A DNA stretch of 64,000 nt from the IMG/VR virus record IMGVR_UViG_3300037808_002146; one strand, written 5' to 3'. Below, piece after piece: positions 55,414 to 64,000 of the stretch. The DNA comes from a virus (Duplodnaviria > Caudoviricetes). The notes beneath the pieces were generated by a model. It was not told the DNA's origin. It saw nothing but the letters and a program-made list of their open reading frames with translations, and did no database searches. Every line of letters starts with the position of its first letter. Position 1 is the first letter of the stretch. The translations under genes were made by a program, and so were the position numbers.

Positions 55414-56567
55414 ATAATATCACACTCCAAATAAAAATGTCCAATGTCAGGAATATCTACGCCTTCTTTAACTATTTTACAAACTTCTTCTAAATCAAAA
55501 TTATTAACGTCTGCGACCAAAGCATCGTGGACTACCGCTAAGGGTTTGAAAGAGCTTGGCATTTTTTTAGATATTTTAGAAAACCCAAAAAGAGAAACAT
55601 CAACCCCCGTACTTTGAATAAAGTTATTTACTGCTATGTTAGCTGTATTCCTTTTTAAAGTAATTGGTCTTCCAAAATAGTTCTTTATTTTACCCGACTT
55701 AAAATCTCCTGTTTTTTTCAAAATAGATTTCAAATCGAAATATTCATCAATAGCTTTCTTTATTATAATAGCTTCTTTTCCGACAATCTCAGTTAGCTTA
55801 GATATCCCGGCACCAAAAAGCGTTGAAAGAACCGCTGCTTTTACTTTTTTTCGGCTATAAGTAAGCTTATATTCTTCTATTATGTCGTTGTATATGTCTT
55901 CTTTAGCAGAGTTTGAAGTCATCAGCTTTGCTAATCTAGGCTCTAAAGAGACAAAATCAATCCACAAAATCTTTCCATTCTCGTATCTGCTTTTAAATAT
56001 GTTTTTCATTTCACGTGGTAATAGCAAAACCTGCGGACCTGATTTCACAACTAGCCTCCCGGTGACTGTTTTAAATCTATTGTACTCTATACGAGAAGTT
56101 AATCCATCTTTTTGTGGTCGAAACGATTGGATTGTTTTGCTAACAGTAGCATTCTCTATAGATTTTTTTAATAAATTTTCATTTGGGCAAAATCGGTTTA
56201 AGTTCTGGAGAATTTCATTTCCTTCAGAAAAAATATTAGAGTACCTATTTGTAGTTACTCCTTTCATATTTTTCAAAAAAGCGTGTAAGTCATCTATTTT
56301 TTTAGAGTATATCCTGGTAGGTAAAACGTGCTTCCAAGGAGGATTAGAAGATCCTACGGAAAGCATCATCCTGCGGTGCTTTTCCTCGATGAATTCTAGA
56401 GGCTCAAAATCGTATAAAGATAAGTAATCATTTAAGGTATTATGCTTATTGATATCTAAGAACAAATCAAAGTTTGAATCAAGATCATCATGCCAAGAGT
56501 ATTCTTCGTTGTTTAGAACTAGGTATTGGCCATTACTAAAGATATTTTTGTCTATCATAATTTTCAT
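55410..56567 (-). CDS. minimal family A DNA polymerase-like protein
   Basis: TVTGRL, motif A IDFVSLEPR, motif B RKKVKAAVLSTLFG, NYFGR, NNFIQSTGVD, motif C VVHDAL. Confidence 0.8.
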   Translation of the reverse strand: MKIMIDKNIFSNGQYLVLNNEEYSWHDDLDSNFDLFLDINKHNTLNDYLSLYDFEPLEFIEEKHRRMMLSVGSSNPPWKHVLPTRIYSKKIDDLHAFLKNMKGVTTNRYSNIFSEGNEILQNLNRFCPNENLLKKSIENATVSKTIQSFRPQKDGLTSRIEYNRFKTVTGRLVVKSGPQVLLLPREMKNIFKSRYENGKILWIDFVSLEPRLAKLMTSNSAKEDIYNDIIEEYKLTYSRKKVKAAVLSTLFGAGISKLTEIVGKEAIIIKKAIDEYFDLKSILKKTGDFKSGKIKNYFGRPITLKRNTANIAVNNFIQSTGVDVSLFGFSKISKKMPSSFKPLAVVHDALVADVNNFDLEEVCKIVKEGVDIPDIGHFYLECDII

Positions 56568-56572
56568 GATAT

Positions 56573-56601
56573 ATTTTAAAAGAGTATACGAATTTTTTCA
56601 T
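56573..56601 (-). promoter_or_regulatory. candidate promoter ATGAAA-N17-TAAAAT upstream of the PolA-like gene
   Basis: 17-nt spacer; weaker match than the other promoters. Confidence 0.4.
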
Positions 56602-56607
56602 ATCATA

Positions 56608-59550
56608 TTAAGTAGATTCAATTTCCTTAATAGCTCGGCTGATAGAGCTTCCTACGTTAGTATATGCTCCATAGGCATTCAACGGCTGGAATGTCCAGTT
56701 AGTTTCGAATTTGTCCGCTGAGATTTCGTGAGAAACTTTAGAACAGCAATAGATGTTATCAGCGCTAGTGCCGGTACCGAAATCAACAAAAAATGTTTGG
56801 CCTATAGTTGCTATAGGAAAACCAAAAGATGTCATTGAAAGAGACGTAGGCGCAATCTGGAGAGGTAGTCCGGCTTCTCTCAAACCTAACGCGCTGATTC
56901 CGTTACCTAATCCTGACCTTCTCATATTGATGTTAGTCAAAGCTGGGTTATTCATTGAGGCCAAGTTAGCAGAAGTAATATTCGTATTACTAGTTCCGTA
57001 CATTAAACTTGGCATAGATTGGGCTATGAAGTTTTTAACTTTTTGAAAATCAGTTTTTACCCTAAAAGTAATACCACCAGAATCCGTAAAATCTGATTCA
57101 CTGACTGAGGTCGTTTCAGGGTCAGCTACAATAATCCCGGCTGTCAAGGCCTGATTTATATGATTAATCATTGTTGCTTTATTGCCGCTCTTATCTTCTC
57201 CTTTTTTCATTGCGGTTTTAGAGACGCCAGCCGAAAACGAAGACAGAGAATCTGACTGGGCTGCTTGCAACATTTGTGATAAAGACGAATAAGAAGTTGC
57301 ATTTTGATCGAAAATGTGAATCCTGTATATTGACTGACTCTCCAACTTACCTGCTAAACACTCACACTGCATTTGTATTCTAGGGACTTTAAAACCAAAA
57401 TCTTCATCTTTGTCTGATATCCCATAAGCATCCATGAGTCTAAGATCTTTTTCACTACGTAATAAATCTTTTCCGGTTTTTTCATCTTCGAACTTTTTAT
57501 GCAGCTTCTTTTTTCCTGGATTTTCTTTATCATTTACATAAAGGTTGGATAGCCCGTAGGCTTCTGCAGTTTGACTTGAAATAAAATTTTTAGTCAAAAA
57601 TTTTATAAATGCGCCAATAGGCATGTTAGTGGAGGTTTTACAAGCTTCTTTAAATTTTTCAGTAAAAGTTGAAAACTTTATTGGAAAACTTGCTATTGAC
57701 GCGTTTTTCATATAAGAAGCTTTATCATTAAAAGAATAAAAAACAAATTGTACTTCGTCAAATTGACCAGTGCCACATAGCGGAGCTCCAGCGAACGCTA
57801 ATACCAAGCTACCAAAAGTGGTATAAGCAGCATCATCTGATTTAATGTTAATGTATTCAGAAATTTTTCCTTTAAAATCTTGTGCAAAAGGATCTTTTTG
57901 TGGATGCTTATCTTCCTTGGCTGTAAATTTTCTCTTAATTTTGTGGCCTCTAAGCTTAGCATCCACTATAGCAGCCATACTTTTTTGAGCTTTTGGAATT
58001 GCTTTTTGAAGTTTTTTCAAAAGAGGCAGTACTTTCTTTAAATCCCCGGGAGAACCAGCTTTCCTAACAGCTTTAATATACTCGTTTATTTCTTTCTTAA
58101 TATCTCCATCAAATCCCATAGCGGAACGTGTATCGGACATACTTGATAAAATTTTACTGCTGCTTACGCTTTTAGAACCTTTTTTGCCTCCGCGTTTTTT
58201 GCTTCTAGCTATTTTGACAGCTTCAGTCAAATCTTTAACGTCTTTTAATGCAGTAGCTACTGCGGTTCCTTCTGTTATCCTAGATAGTTCTATTTGAGAC
58301 GATCCCTTAAGAGAAAGTTTTAAACTAATTTGAACTTGGCCGACTTGATCGAAGGTAAAACTTGAATTTACAATTCCGTATTGTTCAGTACACTTTAAAC
58401 TATCTAAAAACTTTCCGTATACATTACTATTCAATAGCCCATCAGGATGAGACCACCCATACGTAACTAACATACTGGTTTTCCCATAGAGATCTGGTTT
58501 AACGAACTCTGCAATTTCTGAAAGTCTAGAGCGGTCATGCAAAACTAAATTCATTTGAGCTGATTTAAAAGAGAGTAAACCGGCGGATGGAACTAAGTCT
58601 ACTTTAAAACTAGATAGACTCATAAGCGGCCTAAACTTATCAATAATTGCAGCGCCTCTGTGACTTGGAACACTTCCGTCGCCATAAGATTCATCTGCGT
58701 TAACAAGCGTTTGCGGAGAAGTAAAGATCTCCATACCAGCAGAAGTCATTGCTGGATCTTCTCTTTTTTCACTTTCGTCAGTATGCTTTGGAGGCGGGGT
58801 ATTTAAAATATTCTTTTTAACCCTCAAATCTACAGCGTTAGCTATTGTTTTGTCCGCATCATCGGGTTCGAAATTACCTCTTAGAAATTGGAGCATCGAT
58901 ATAGATTGAACTTTTTTTGTATCTGAAATTGCTGGTGTTGGGGGAACTAAAACAACATCTAAAAAAGGAACACATCTAGACATTTCTAGCGTAGGGATAG
59001 CACTTAAAAATATTTGCGCAGACGGAGTTCCTCTTTTCGTAGGGTTTAGTGCGTGCGGCCCTACAACAAACGCAGAAAGCGCGGGCTTTGCTTTGGAAGG
59101 TTGCTGCGGATTCTGGTTAACGGGAATTAGTGATTTGTCTTTTGGACCAGCACTAAAAGGTTCAGTGAAATCCCTCAAACTAGTTTGACGGCCTAACTTA
59201 TCGCCGCCTTTGGTAATTGCTGCTTCTGAATCTTCATATACCACTAGCAAAGTATCTTGTAACATCTTTATGTGATCGTTGTTTGTTCCAGTATTGAACT
59301 TATTAATTTTTTCTATTATCTCATAAGCAAAGTACGCATGCCCTTGCGATTGTAACAAACTAATTACGCTTGCTATCCCAGATTCAGGGGGTGCTTTTCC
59401 ATCAATCATATCAAAATATATTTTCTTGATATCTTTAGATTCAGAAGCTCCCGTTAATATGTTAAAAACATCGTCTTTTGATAGTACTCCGAAGTAAGCT
59501 TTTAAGTCTTCGACAGCTTGATCTAACCTAGTTTTTGAACTTCTTGACAT
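56608..59550 (-). CDS. large tail/baseplate hub-like protein
   Basis: 980 aa next to a LysM/tail-X gene; beta-rich segments and C-terminal GQTFFVDFGTG...IYC..V.HEI typical of hub-type proteins. Confidence 0.55.
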   Translation of the reverse strand: MSRSSKTRLDQAVEDLKAYFGVLSKDDVFNILTGASESKDIKKIYFDMIDGKAPPESGIASVISLLQSQGHAYFAYEIIEKINKFNTGTNNDHIKMLQDTLLVVYEDSEAAITKGGDKLGRQTSLRDFTEPFSAGPKDKSLIPVNQNPQQPSKAKPALSAFVVGPHALNPTKRGTPSAQIFLSAIPTLEMSRCVPFLDVVLVPPTPAISDTKKVQSISMLQFLRGNFEPDDADKTIANAVDLRVKKNILNTPPPKHTDESEKREDPAMTSAGMEIFTSPQTLVNADESYGDGSVPSHRGAAIIDKFRPLMSLSSFKVDLVPSAGLLSFKSAQMNLVLHDRSRLSEIAEFVKPDLYGKTSMLVTYGWSHPDGLLNSNVYGKFLDSLKCTEQYGIVNSSFTFDQVGQVQISLKLSLKGSSQIELSRITEGTAVATALKDVKDLTEAVKIARSKKRGGKKGSKSVSSSKILSSMSDTRSAMGFDGDIKKEINEYIKAVRKAGSPGDLKKVLPLLKKLQKAIPKAQKSMAAIVDAKLRGHKIKRKFTAKEDKHPQKDPFAQDFKGKISEYINIKSDDAAYTTFGSLVLAFAGAPLCGTGQFDEVQFVFYSFNDKASYMKNASIASFPIKFSTFTEKFKEACKTSTNMPIGAFIKFLTKNFISSQTAEAYGLSNLYVNDKENPGKKKLHKKFEDEKTGKDLLRSEKDLRLMDAYGISDKDEDFGFKVPRIQMQCECLAGKLESQSIYRIHIFDQNATSYSSLSQMLQAAQSDSLSSFSAGVSKTAMKKGEDKSGNKATMINHINQALTAGIIVADPETTSVSESDFTDSGGITFRVKTDFQKVKNFIAQSMPSLMYGTSNTNITSANLASMNNPALTNINMRRSGLGNGISALGLREAGLPLQIAPTSLSMTSFGFPIATIGQTFFVDFGTGTSADNIYCCSKVSHEISADKFETNWTFQPLNAYGAYTNVGSSISRAIKEIEST

Positions 59551-59564
59551 ATTTGAGCAAACCT

Positions 59565-59852
59565 CTATACAAGCGCAGCAACTTGCATTAGATTAGTAGG
59601 GATAAGTAAATGAGTTCCTGGTGGGACTTGCAAATTCCAACCGATACCACTAGTACCGGCAATTACCCACCATAACCTAGAATCTCCATATTCTTCTCCT
59701 GCAAGCGTATCTAGCCTCTCTCCTTCTCTTAGGAAATCTTCCCTAACAGAAATTATACCGCTTGTAGCTGCATCTCTTAGAATTTTACCTGGTATGTAAG
59801 TTCCGTAAAAGGTTCCTCCTCCTAGAACAGGCGCTGGTAGATATCTTTTCAA
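59565..59852 (-). CDS. LysM / tail protein X-like baseplate protein
   Basis: GERLDTLAGEEYGDSRLWWVIA...PPGTHLLIP. Confidence 0.8.
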   Translation of the reverse strand: MKRYLPAPVLGGGTFYGTYIPGKILRDAATSGIISVREDFLREGERLDTLAGEEYGDSRLWWVIAGTSGIGWNLQVPPGTHLLIPTNLMQVAALV

Positions 59853-59864
59853 TTTATTATCCCC

Positions 59865-62800
59865 TTAGTCATCTTGTCTCTTTCCTAAAGAAGATTGGAC
59901 TTTGTCAAAAGATTCCTGTGTTTTTGAAGATTCGACTCCATAATCAAGAGTATTCGCTAACTCATCTCCGGAGAGATGGGCTGATATATCCCCAACAGGG
60001 TATAATGGTGCGCGCATTCCACCTTGAGAATCCATCCCGGGAGCAATATCATGAATAGGAGCAAATGATATACTAACTTTAATCATCTTGGGAGCTCTTT
60101 TCGTCAACTTGCCAGTTTCGAAGGTAGAGTCTGCATAATCAAAATCTAAAGATGTTATAAAGCCGGCTAGCCCTCGACCTTGAGTTGATTCATAAGCCTT
60201 CATTATAGAGTTCTTCTTTGGATCAAAAAATTCTCCTGCGGCAGCAGCTTCTGATAAATCATTCAACTTATTCTTAGTTGGAGCTGCCTCAGTCGTAATA
60301 AGCTTGAGATCCGAAGCTAACACTATCATTTCAAATTTGTCATCTTTATAAGGGTTAGCGGGATCTTTGCTATTAGCGAATTTTACTCTATATTGATAAG
60401 GTTTTTTAATTACGTACTCTTCCCCCAAACTATCATCTACTTTTGGACCGCCAGGTCTATCTTCTGCTTTTTCTATAGTAACTACAGCATCCGATCTAGT
60501 CCAGGTATAGATAGGGAGTTTTGGAGGGCCCATGAAACCAGTGGATCCATTTTTCATAGTAACATATGGGTGAGCGGTAGATCTTTTTAAAATAACGGTA
60601 GAGCCAGCTTTAAAAGTATCTTGCTCACTTATTATGTCTATTGCACCAACTAAGTTATTCCTATGCTTATCAACTTCTTCGTTGGCCGGGTCGGCATCAT
60701 CATATTTTGGTTTGCCATAAGTAAATTTAGAATCTGGTTCTTTGCTAGCGTCTTGCGCGCCAAACAACTTCATTAAGTTAAACTTAGAACCATTAGATCT
60801 AATAAAATCACCAACCCTCAACCTAATCATAGGGCTAGCGGTTGGTATTTGCGAAAACGGCATAATAAAGCTATTTTTTTCAGATGCTAGTTGACGGCCT
60901 TGAGACCATTGCGGGTAAACCATATTCGTTAACTTATTAACACTAAGCCACATGGAGTCAAAGTCATCTTCTGAAGTTGAGATCAGCCAAAAGCTTAGGT
61001 TTATCGATCTTGAAGTTTTTGTATATATTTTGACTGTATCGACTCGGCCATAAGCGTCAGTATCTGCATATGAAACGGAGAAAGAGTCTTTCATATCGGT
61101 GATAAAAGCATGAAAGCTGATTATTTCGTTTGTTCTAAGATCATGAAAGTAAAATGGCATATACTCTGATTCTAACTCATCTTCAAATTTTTTAACTTCT
61201 TCACTTTCTATTCTTCCGTTAGAGACAAAGTCTATCCTGCGGCGATGACTCTCTGTTCCTTCGAAGTCTCCAACTTTAGCCGCTACAGCAGTCATAATAT
61301 CCGGACCGTTGTTAACGATATCTTTAGCGTTCAACAGCCCAAGTGGCAAAATCATTCTTGCTGGTGCGCTGCGATGTCTCCAAGCTAAAGCATTGGAAGT
61401 TTTTTGCACCCTGCTTTTTGTAACTCGAGTTGCGCCATTGTCTTGCATTTGTTCGATTCTCTGTCCACTTAAACCAGAGAAATCCATTATTTCCCCCATT
61501 TTTACGCGTTCACCAACTACTGCACAAGCCATAAAGAATTTAAATGAAGCTAGCCCTGAAAATAAAGAGAGCAACTTCGTCAACACAGCCTTGACAGAAC
61601 CTCCCAATAAGGCAGCTTCGCCAACAGCACCTAAGACTAAGAGTGGATCTGCGAATATCTCTAAAATTGTATCATTATCTCTCATAATGTTACGAATAAT
61701 ATTTACATAAAAACCTTTCGACTCATTGATACGATCAATAAAATCAAAAATATTTATTACTTCGCCGGCGAACCATATACCGAGGGTCAAAAAATTGCCT
61801 AAGTCTCCATCTGGACGTCTTTCCTTTTTCATTCGAAAAAATGCTGCTAGTCCATATCCAATGCATGTAAACACAGGATATCTGAGGTTGGGTACGCCAA
61901 TATTGACTAATCCCGCTGACGGAGCATCTGTTGATTGACCCATGGGCAATGAACTTGGATCTTTACCTTGCGCTCTTTCATCGGTGAATTCCTTAAAAAG
62001 CAGCTCTAAAAATATTCCGATTACGAAGCTGAGTCCAAAGAGAGTTACTAAACCTTGCAATATGAAAGTCGTAGCTGCTAGTGGATTACCGGTAAACGTT
62101 TCTAAGTAAGAGTTTGTAGCACCATAAGATTTTCCATCGTTTATAGAGTAAAAATTTTCATCGCCATCAAAAGGGTTTTGGCCTTCTGACCAGCTGTCTT
62201 CAGCATCATCAGCTAGTCCTATGTCCACTTTAGGTCGGCCACGCCTGTTAGAACCTTTATGAGCATTCATTGCATAGGTATCACTCACAGATACTCTTGT
62301 GTCTATAAAAGATCCAGGTATAACAGTGAAAAAATTCTCGTCAGATGGGTCTCCCTCTTTTCCTGAATGTCCTGTTTGCTTTAGCATCAAAGAAGCAGCA
62401 ATTTTCTTAAGATCTGAAATTGCTAAATCACCTAGTGGGGTATTTCTAGTATAAACGCCAAGTTCTGGTTGAATGGAACCGTAGGCAGCTTTGGGATTAG
62501 TAAAAGCACTATCTCTTATATAAGGAGACTTTTCCGAAGGAGAAAAACGATTATTTTGTAAAATCGAGGAAATCCTTTTTTGAACTATAGGAGCTTGATC
62601 GGGCACTACATACGCGAGTTTATTTCTCCCTGTTGGATCTGTAAGAGCTGAAGTTTGCGGATTAGTCCCTTTAATCTCCCTTAAGAGATTATGCCCAGAG
62701 CCTCTTTCGTTTTTATCAAAAAAAGTTTTGAGAGTAGCGGTCTTATCTTCGATGTCTGTAAAGGCTCCCGAGTCCGATGCCGTTCTTAACCCACGGGCTT

Positions 62801-63125
62801 CTTGTGTATCTGCCGCTAATGAAACAAATTGGTTTTCGTTGGTATCTGTCCTTATCTCCGCTACTTTGCCCGTTGAGTTTGAGTGGATGTCAATCTCTTC
62901 GTCTAAGCTTGTCTTTTCTTTAGTTTTCGGATCGGTTAGCTGGTTGTGAGATATCGGGAAAGCATTACCTCTGTCTTTTGTTAACCCACTTAGATAGTCT
63001 TTTAGGGTAGCTTTAGTAGCTTTAGGTAAATCATCTTTCCCTAACTCTACTCGACCAGGACGACCAGTATCAGGCGCACCAAACTCTCCAGAACCTTCGG
63101 GATATATTTTTTTATCATCAGACAC
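59865..63125 (-). CDS. large tail protein with tube-initiator/baseplate-like segments
   Basis: YMPFYFHDLRTNEIISFHAFIT...YGRVD.VKIY..TSRSINLSF and GFITSLDFDY...APKMIKVSISF..IHD; GTG start. Confidence 0.6.
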   Translation of the reverse strand: MSDDKKIYPEGSGEFGAPDTGRPGRVELGKDDLPKATKATLKDYLSGLTKDRGNAFPISHNQLTDPKTKEKTSLDEEIDIHSNSTGKVAEIRTDTNENQFVSLAADTQEARGLRTASDSGAFTDIEDKTATLKTFFDKNERGSGHNLLREIKGTNPQTSALTDPTGRNKLAYVVPDQAPIVQKRISSILQNNRFSPSEKSPYIRDSAFTNPKAAYGSIQPELGVYTRNTPLGDLAISDLKKIAASLMLKQTGHSGKEGDPSDENFFTVIPGSFIDTRVSVSDTYAMNAHKGSNRRGRPKVDIGLADDAEDSWSEGQNPFDGDENFYSINDGKSYGATNSYLETFTGNPLAATTFILQGLVTLFGLSFVIGIFLELLFKEFTDERAQGKDPSSLPMGQSTDAPSAGLVNIGVPNLRYPVFTCIGYGLAAFFRMKKERRPDGDLGNFLTLGIWFAGEVINIFDFIDRINESKGFYVNIIRNIMRDNDTILEIFADPLLVLGAVGEAALLGGSVKAVLTKLLSLFSGLASFKFFMACAVVGERVKMGEIMDFSGLSGQRIEQMQDNGATRVTKSRVQKTSNALAWRHRSAPARMILPLGLLNAKDIVNNGPDIMTAVAAKVGDFEGTESHRRRIDFVSNGRIESEEVKKFEDELESEYMPFYFHDLRTNEIISFHAFITDMKDSFSVSYADTDAYGRVDTVKIYTKTSRSINLSFWLISTSEDDFDSMWLSVNKLTNMVYPQWSQGRQLASEKNSFIMPFSQIPTASPMIRLRVGDFIRSNGSKFNLMKLFGAQDASKEPDSKFTYGKPKYDDADPANEEVDKHRNNLVGAIDIISEQDTFKAGSTVILKRSTAHPYVTMKNGSTGFMGPPKLPIYTWTRSDAVVTIEKAEDRPGGPKVDDSLGEEYVIKKPYQYRVKFANSKDPANPYKDDKFEMIVLASDLKLITTEAAPTKNKLNDLSEAAAAGEFFDPKKNSIMKAYESTQGRGLAGFITSLDFDYADSTFETGKLTKRAPKMIKVSISFAPIHDIAPGMDSQGGMRAPLYPVGDISAHLSGDELANTLDYGVESSKTQESFDKVQSSLGKRQDD

Positions 63126-63297
63126 TGTTTTTATCTACCAATTCTTCTTTGATGTATTTTAACAAACCTTTTCTAGCACTTGGGTGATCAAGAAGCTTCC
63201 TTATGTTAAGTATGATATCATCGTATTTATCAAAAGGAAAATTTTCTAAAATTTTCTCATAAGTTTTTTCTAGTTTCTCTTTTTCTTCTTTAGTCAT
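63118..63297 (-). CDS. 59-aa hypothetical protein missing from the ORF track (MTKEEKEKLEKTY...)
   Basis: Fills the gap between the tape-measure-like gene and the downstream gene. Confidence 0.6.
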   Translation of the reverse strand: MTKEEKEKLEKTYEKILENFPFDKYDDIILNIRKLLDHPSARKGLLKYIKEELVDKNSV

Positions 63298-63301
63298 TCT
63301 G

Positions 63302-64000
63302 TTACCTCGCCGCTAACTTAACTGTTCGTTCGCCCATCTTTTTCTTATCAGATATAGTATCTACCATCTTTTCAGCGTCTAGTTCTACTTTTATGTTAAC
63401 TGTGAAATTTAATTGGTCACTCTTAATCGTAAATTTATCGCTTGTTACGCCAAGGGCTTCTGCAAATTTATCAAGTTTGAGGGATAAATCAATTGGCGCT
63501 CCGCCATTTAAATTTTGGAAAGCTTCGTAAGTACTGTTGTATGCTTCAACCATGTCTCCAGCTGCAGTTGCCATTATACCATCGGGGCCGAAATACTTAG
63601 CTTGATATCCTTTAAAGATACTACTAACTCTCATCAAGGCTTTTCCAAAAGATTTAAGGGGACCCATTTTAATTTTAACTCCGCCAATATCATTGAGAGA
63701 GTTGAGGGTTCCCACACTTGTCTTTAAACCTCCAACTAGGCCTTCTATTTTTCCGGCCAAGGAGCCGATGCTGGTGGCCATTGGCAGATCAGCTACAACA
63801 GATCCAAACTTAGAAACTTTTCCTATAGTTTTTATAGCAGAGTCAACTTTTGTCAATAGCGATTCATCTGGTTTAAAGGTTTTGAGATAATCAAAAATAT
63901 CCGATATATCCCATCCGCCAGCTGTAGGGCCGATGGCTTTGACAAAACCTTCAACAACAGCCGCAACGGTTGCAATGAAGACTGCAGCACCCATTTTACC
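63302..64000 (-). CDS. C-terminal part of a probable tape measure protein (5' end beyond the window)
   Basis: Frame is open to the window edge; Ala/Gly-rich amphipathic helices; lies upstream of baseplate genes. Confidence 0.55.
   Translation of the reverse strand, partial: GKMGAAVFIATVAAVVEGFVKAIGPTAGGWDISDIFDYLKTFKPDESLLTKVDSAIKTIGKVSKFGSVVADLPMATSIGSLAGKIEGLVGGLKTSVGTLNSLNDIGGVKIKMGPLKSFGKALMRVSSIFKGYQAKYFGPDGIMATAAGDMVEAYNSTYEAFQNLNGGAPIDLSLKLDKFAEALGVTSDKFTIKSDQLNFTVNIKVELDAEKMVDTISDKKKMGERTVKLAAR

Noticed and set aside
2714-63890. Plus-strand ORFs in the track
   Set aside because: All are antisense to long minus-strand genes, lack recognisable motifs and often show shadow-type Ser/Phe-rich composition.
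1-64000. Bacterial chromosome origin (recA, groEL, dnaE, sigma, def)
   Set aside because: Single-strand gene packing, gp32/gp41-like replication genes, tail/baseplate genes, an hmC cluster and many small orphans fit a large phage; no rRNA, ribosomal-protein or envelope operons are present.
1-64000. tRNA genes and intrinsic terminators
   Set aside because: Intergenic gaps are very short and I could not identify a convincing cloverleaf or a GC hairpin with U-tract by eye; tRNAscan-SE or ARNold would be decisive.

Overview
This is a 64-kb segment of a large (jumbo-type) tailed bacteriophage genome, AT-rich and densely coded in the standard genetic code. Essentially every real gene is on the minus strand with ATGA/TAATG coupling, and the plus-strand ORFs look like shadows. 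In reading direction (right to left) the modules are: a contractile-tail/baseplate block with a tape-measure-like C-terminus; replication/repair genes (minimal PolA, degenerate DnaQ, gp32-like SSB, RecA, FEN, DnaB-like helicase, class II RNR, ClpP-like protein, Fpg, J-domain protein, DnaE); and a cytosine-hypermodification cluster (dCMP hydroxymethylase-like, dUTPase, HAD-kinase fusion, cytidylyltransferase, T4 alpha-glucosyltransferase-like enzyme, atypical C5-methyltransferase, NAD epimerase). Next come nucleotide-salvage genes, acidic putative head/core proteins (including an SOD), a second FEN, GroEL, an apparently split sigma70, peptide deformylase, an IMPDH/GMPR-family gene and a CglF/GltF-like peptide. 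The left end holds an array of about 12 unrelated ORFs sharing two conserved N-terminal leader peptides, a PAP2 fusion and a frameshifted cysteine synthase. The most interesting signals are the leader-tagged cargo array (candidate capsid-targeting/prohead-protease system), the hmC-glycosylation cluster with its own donor pathway, the split sigma factor and the gliding-motility-like peptide, which hints at a Myxococcota/Bdellovibrionota host. All family assignments come from motif recognition by eye; no database search was run. No tRNA, rRNA or CRISPR array was recognised.
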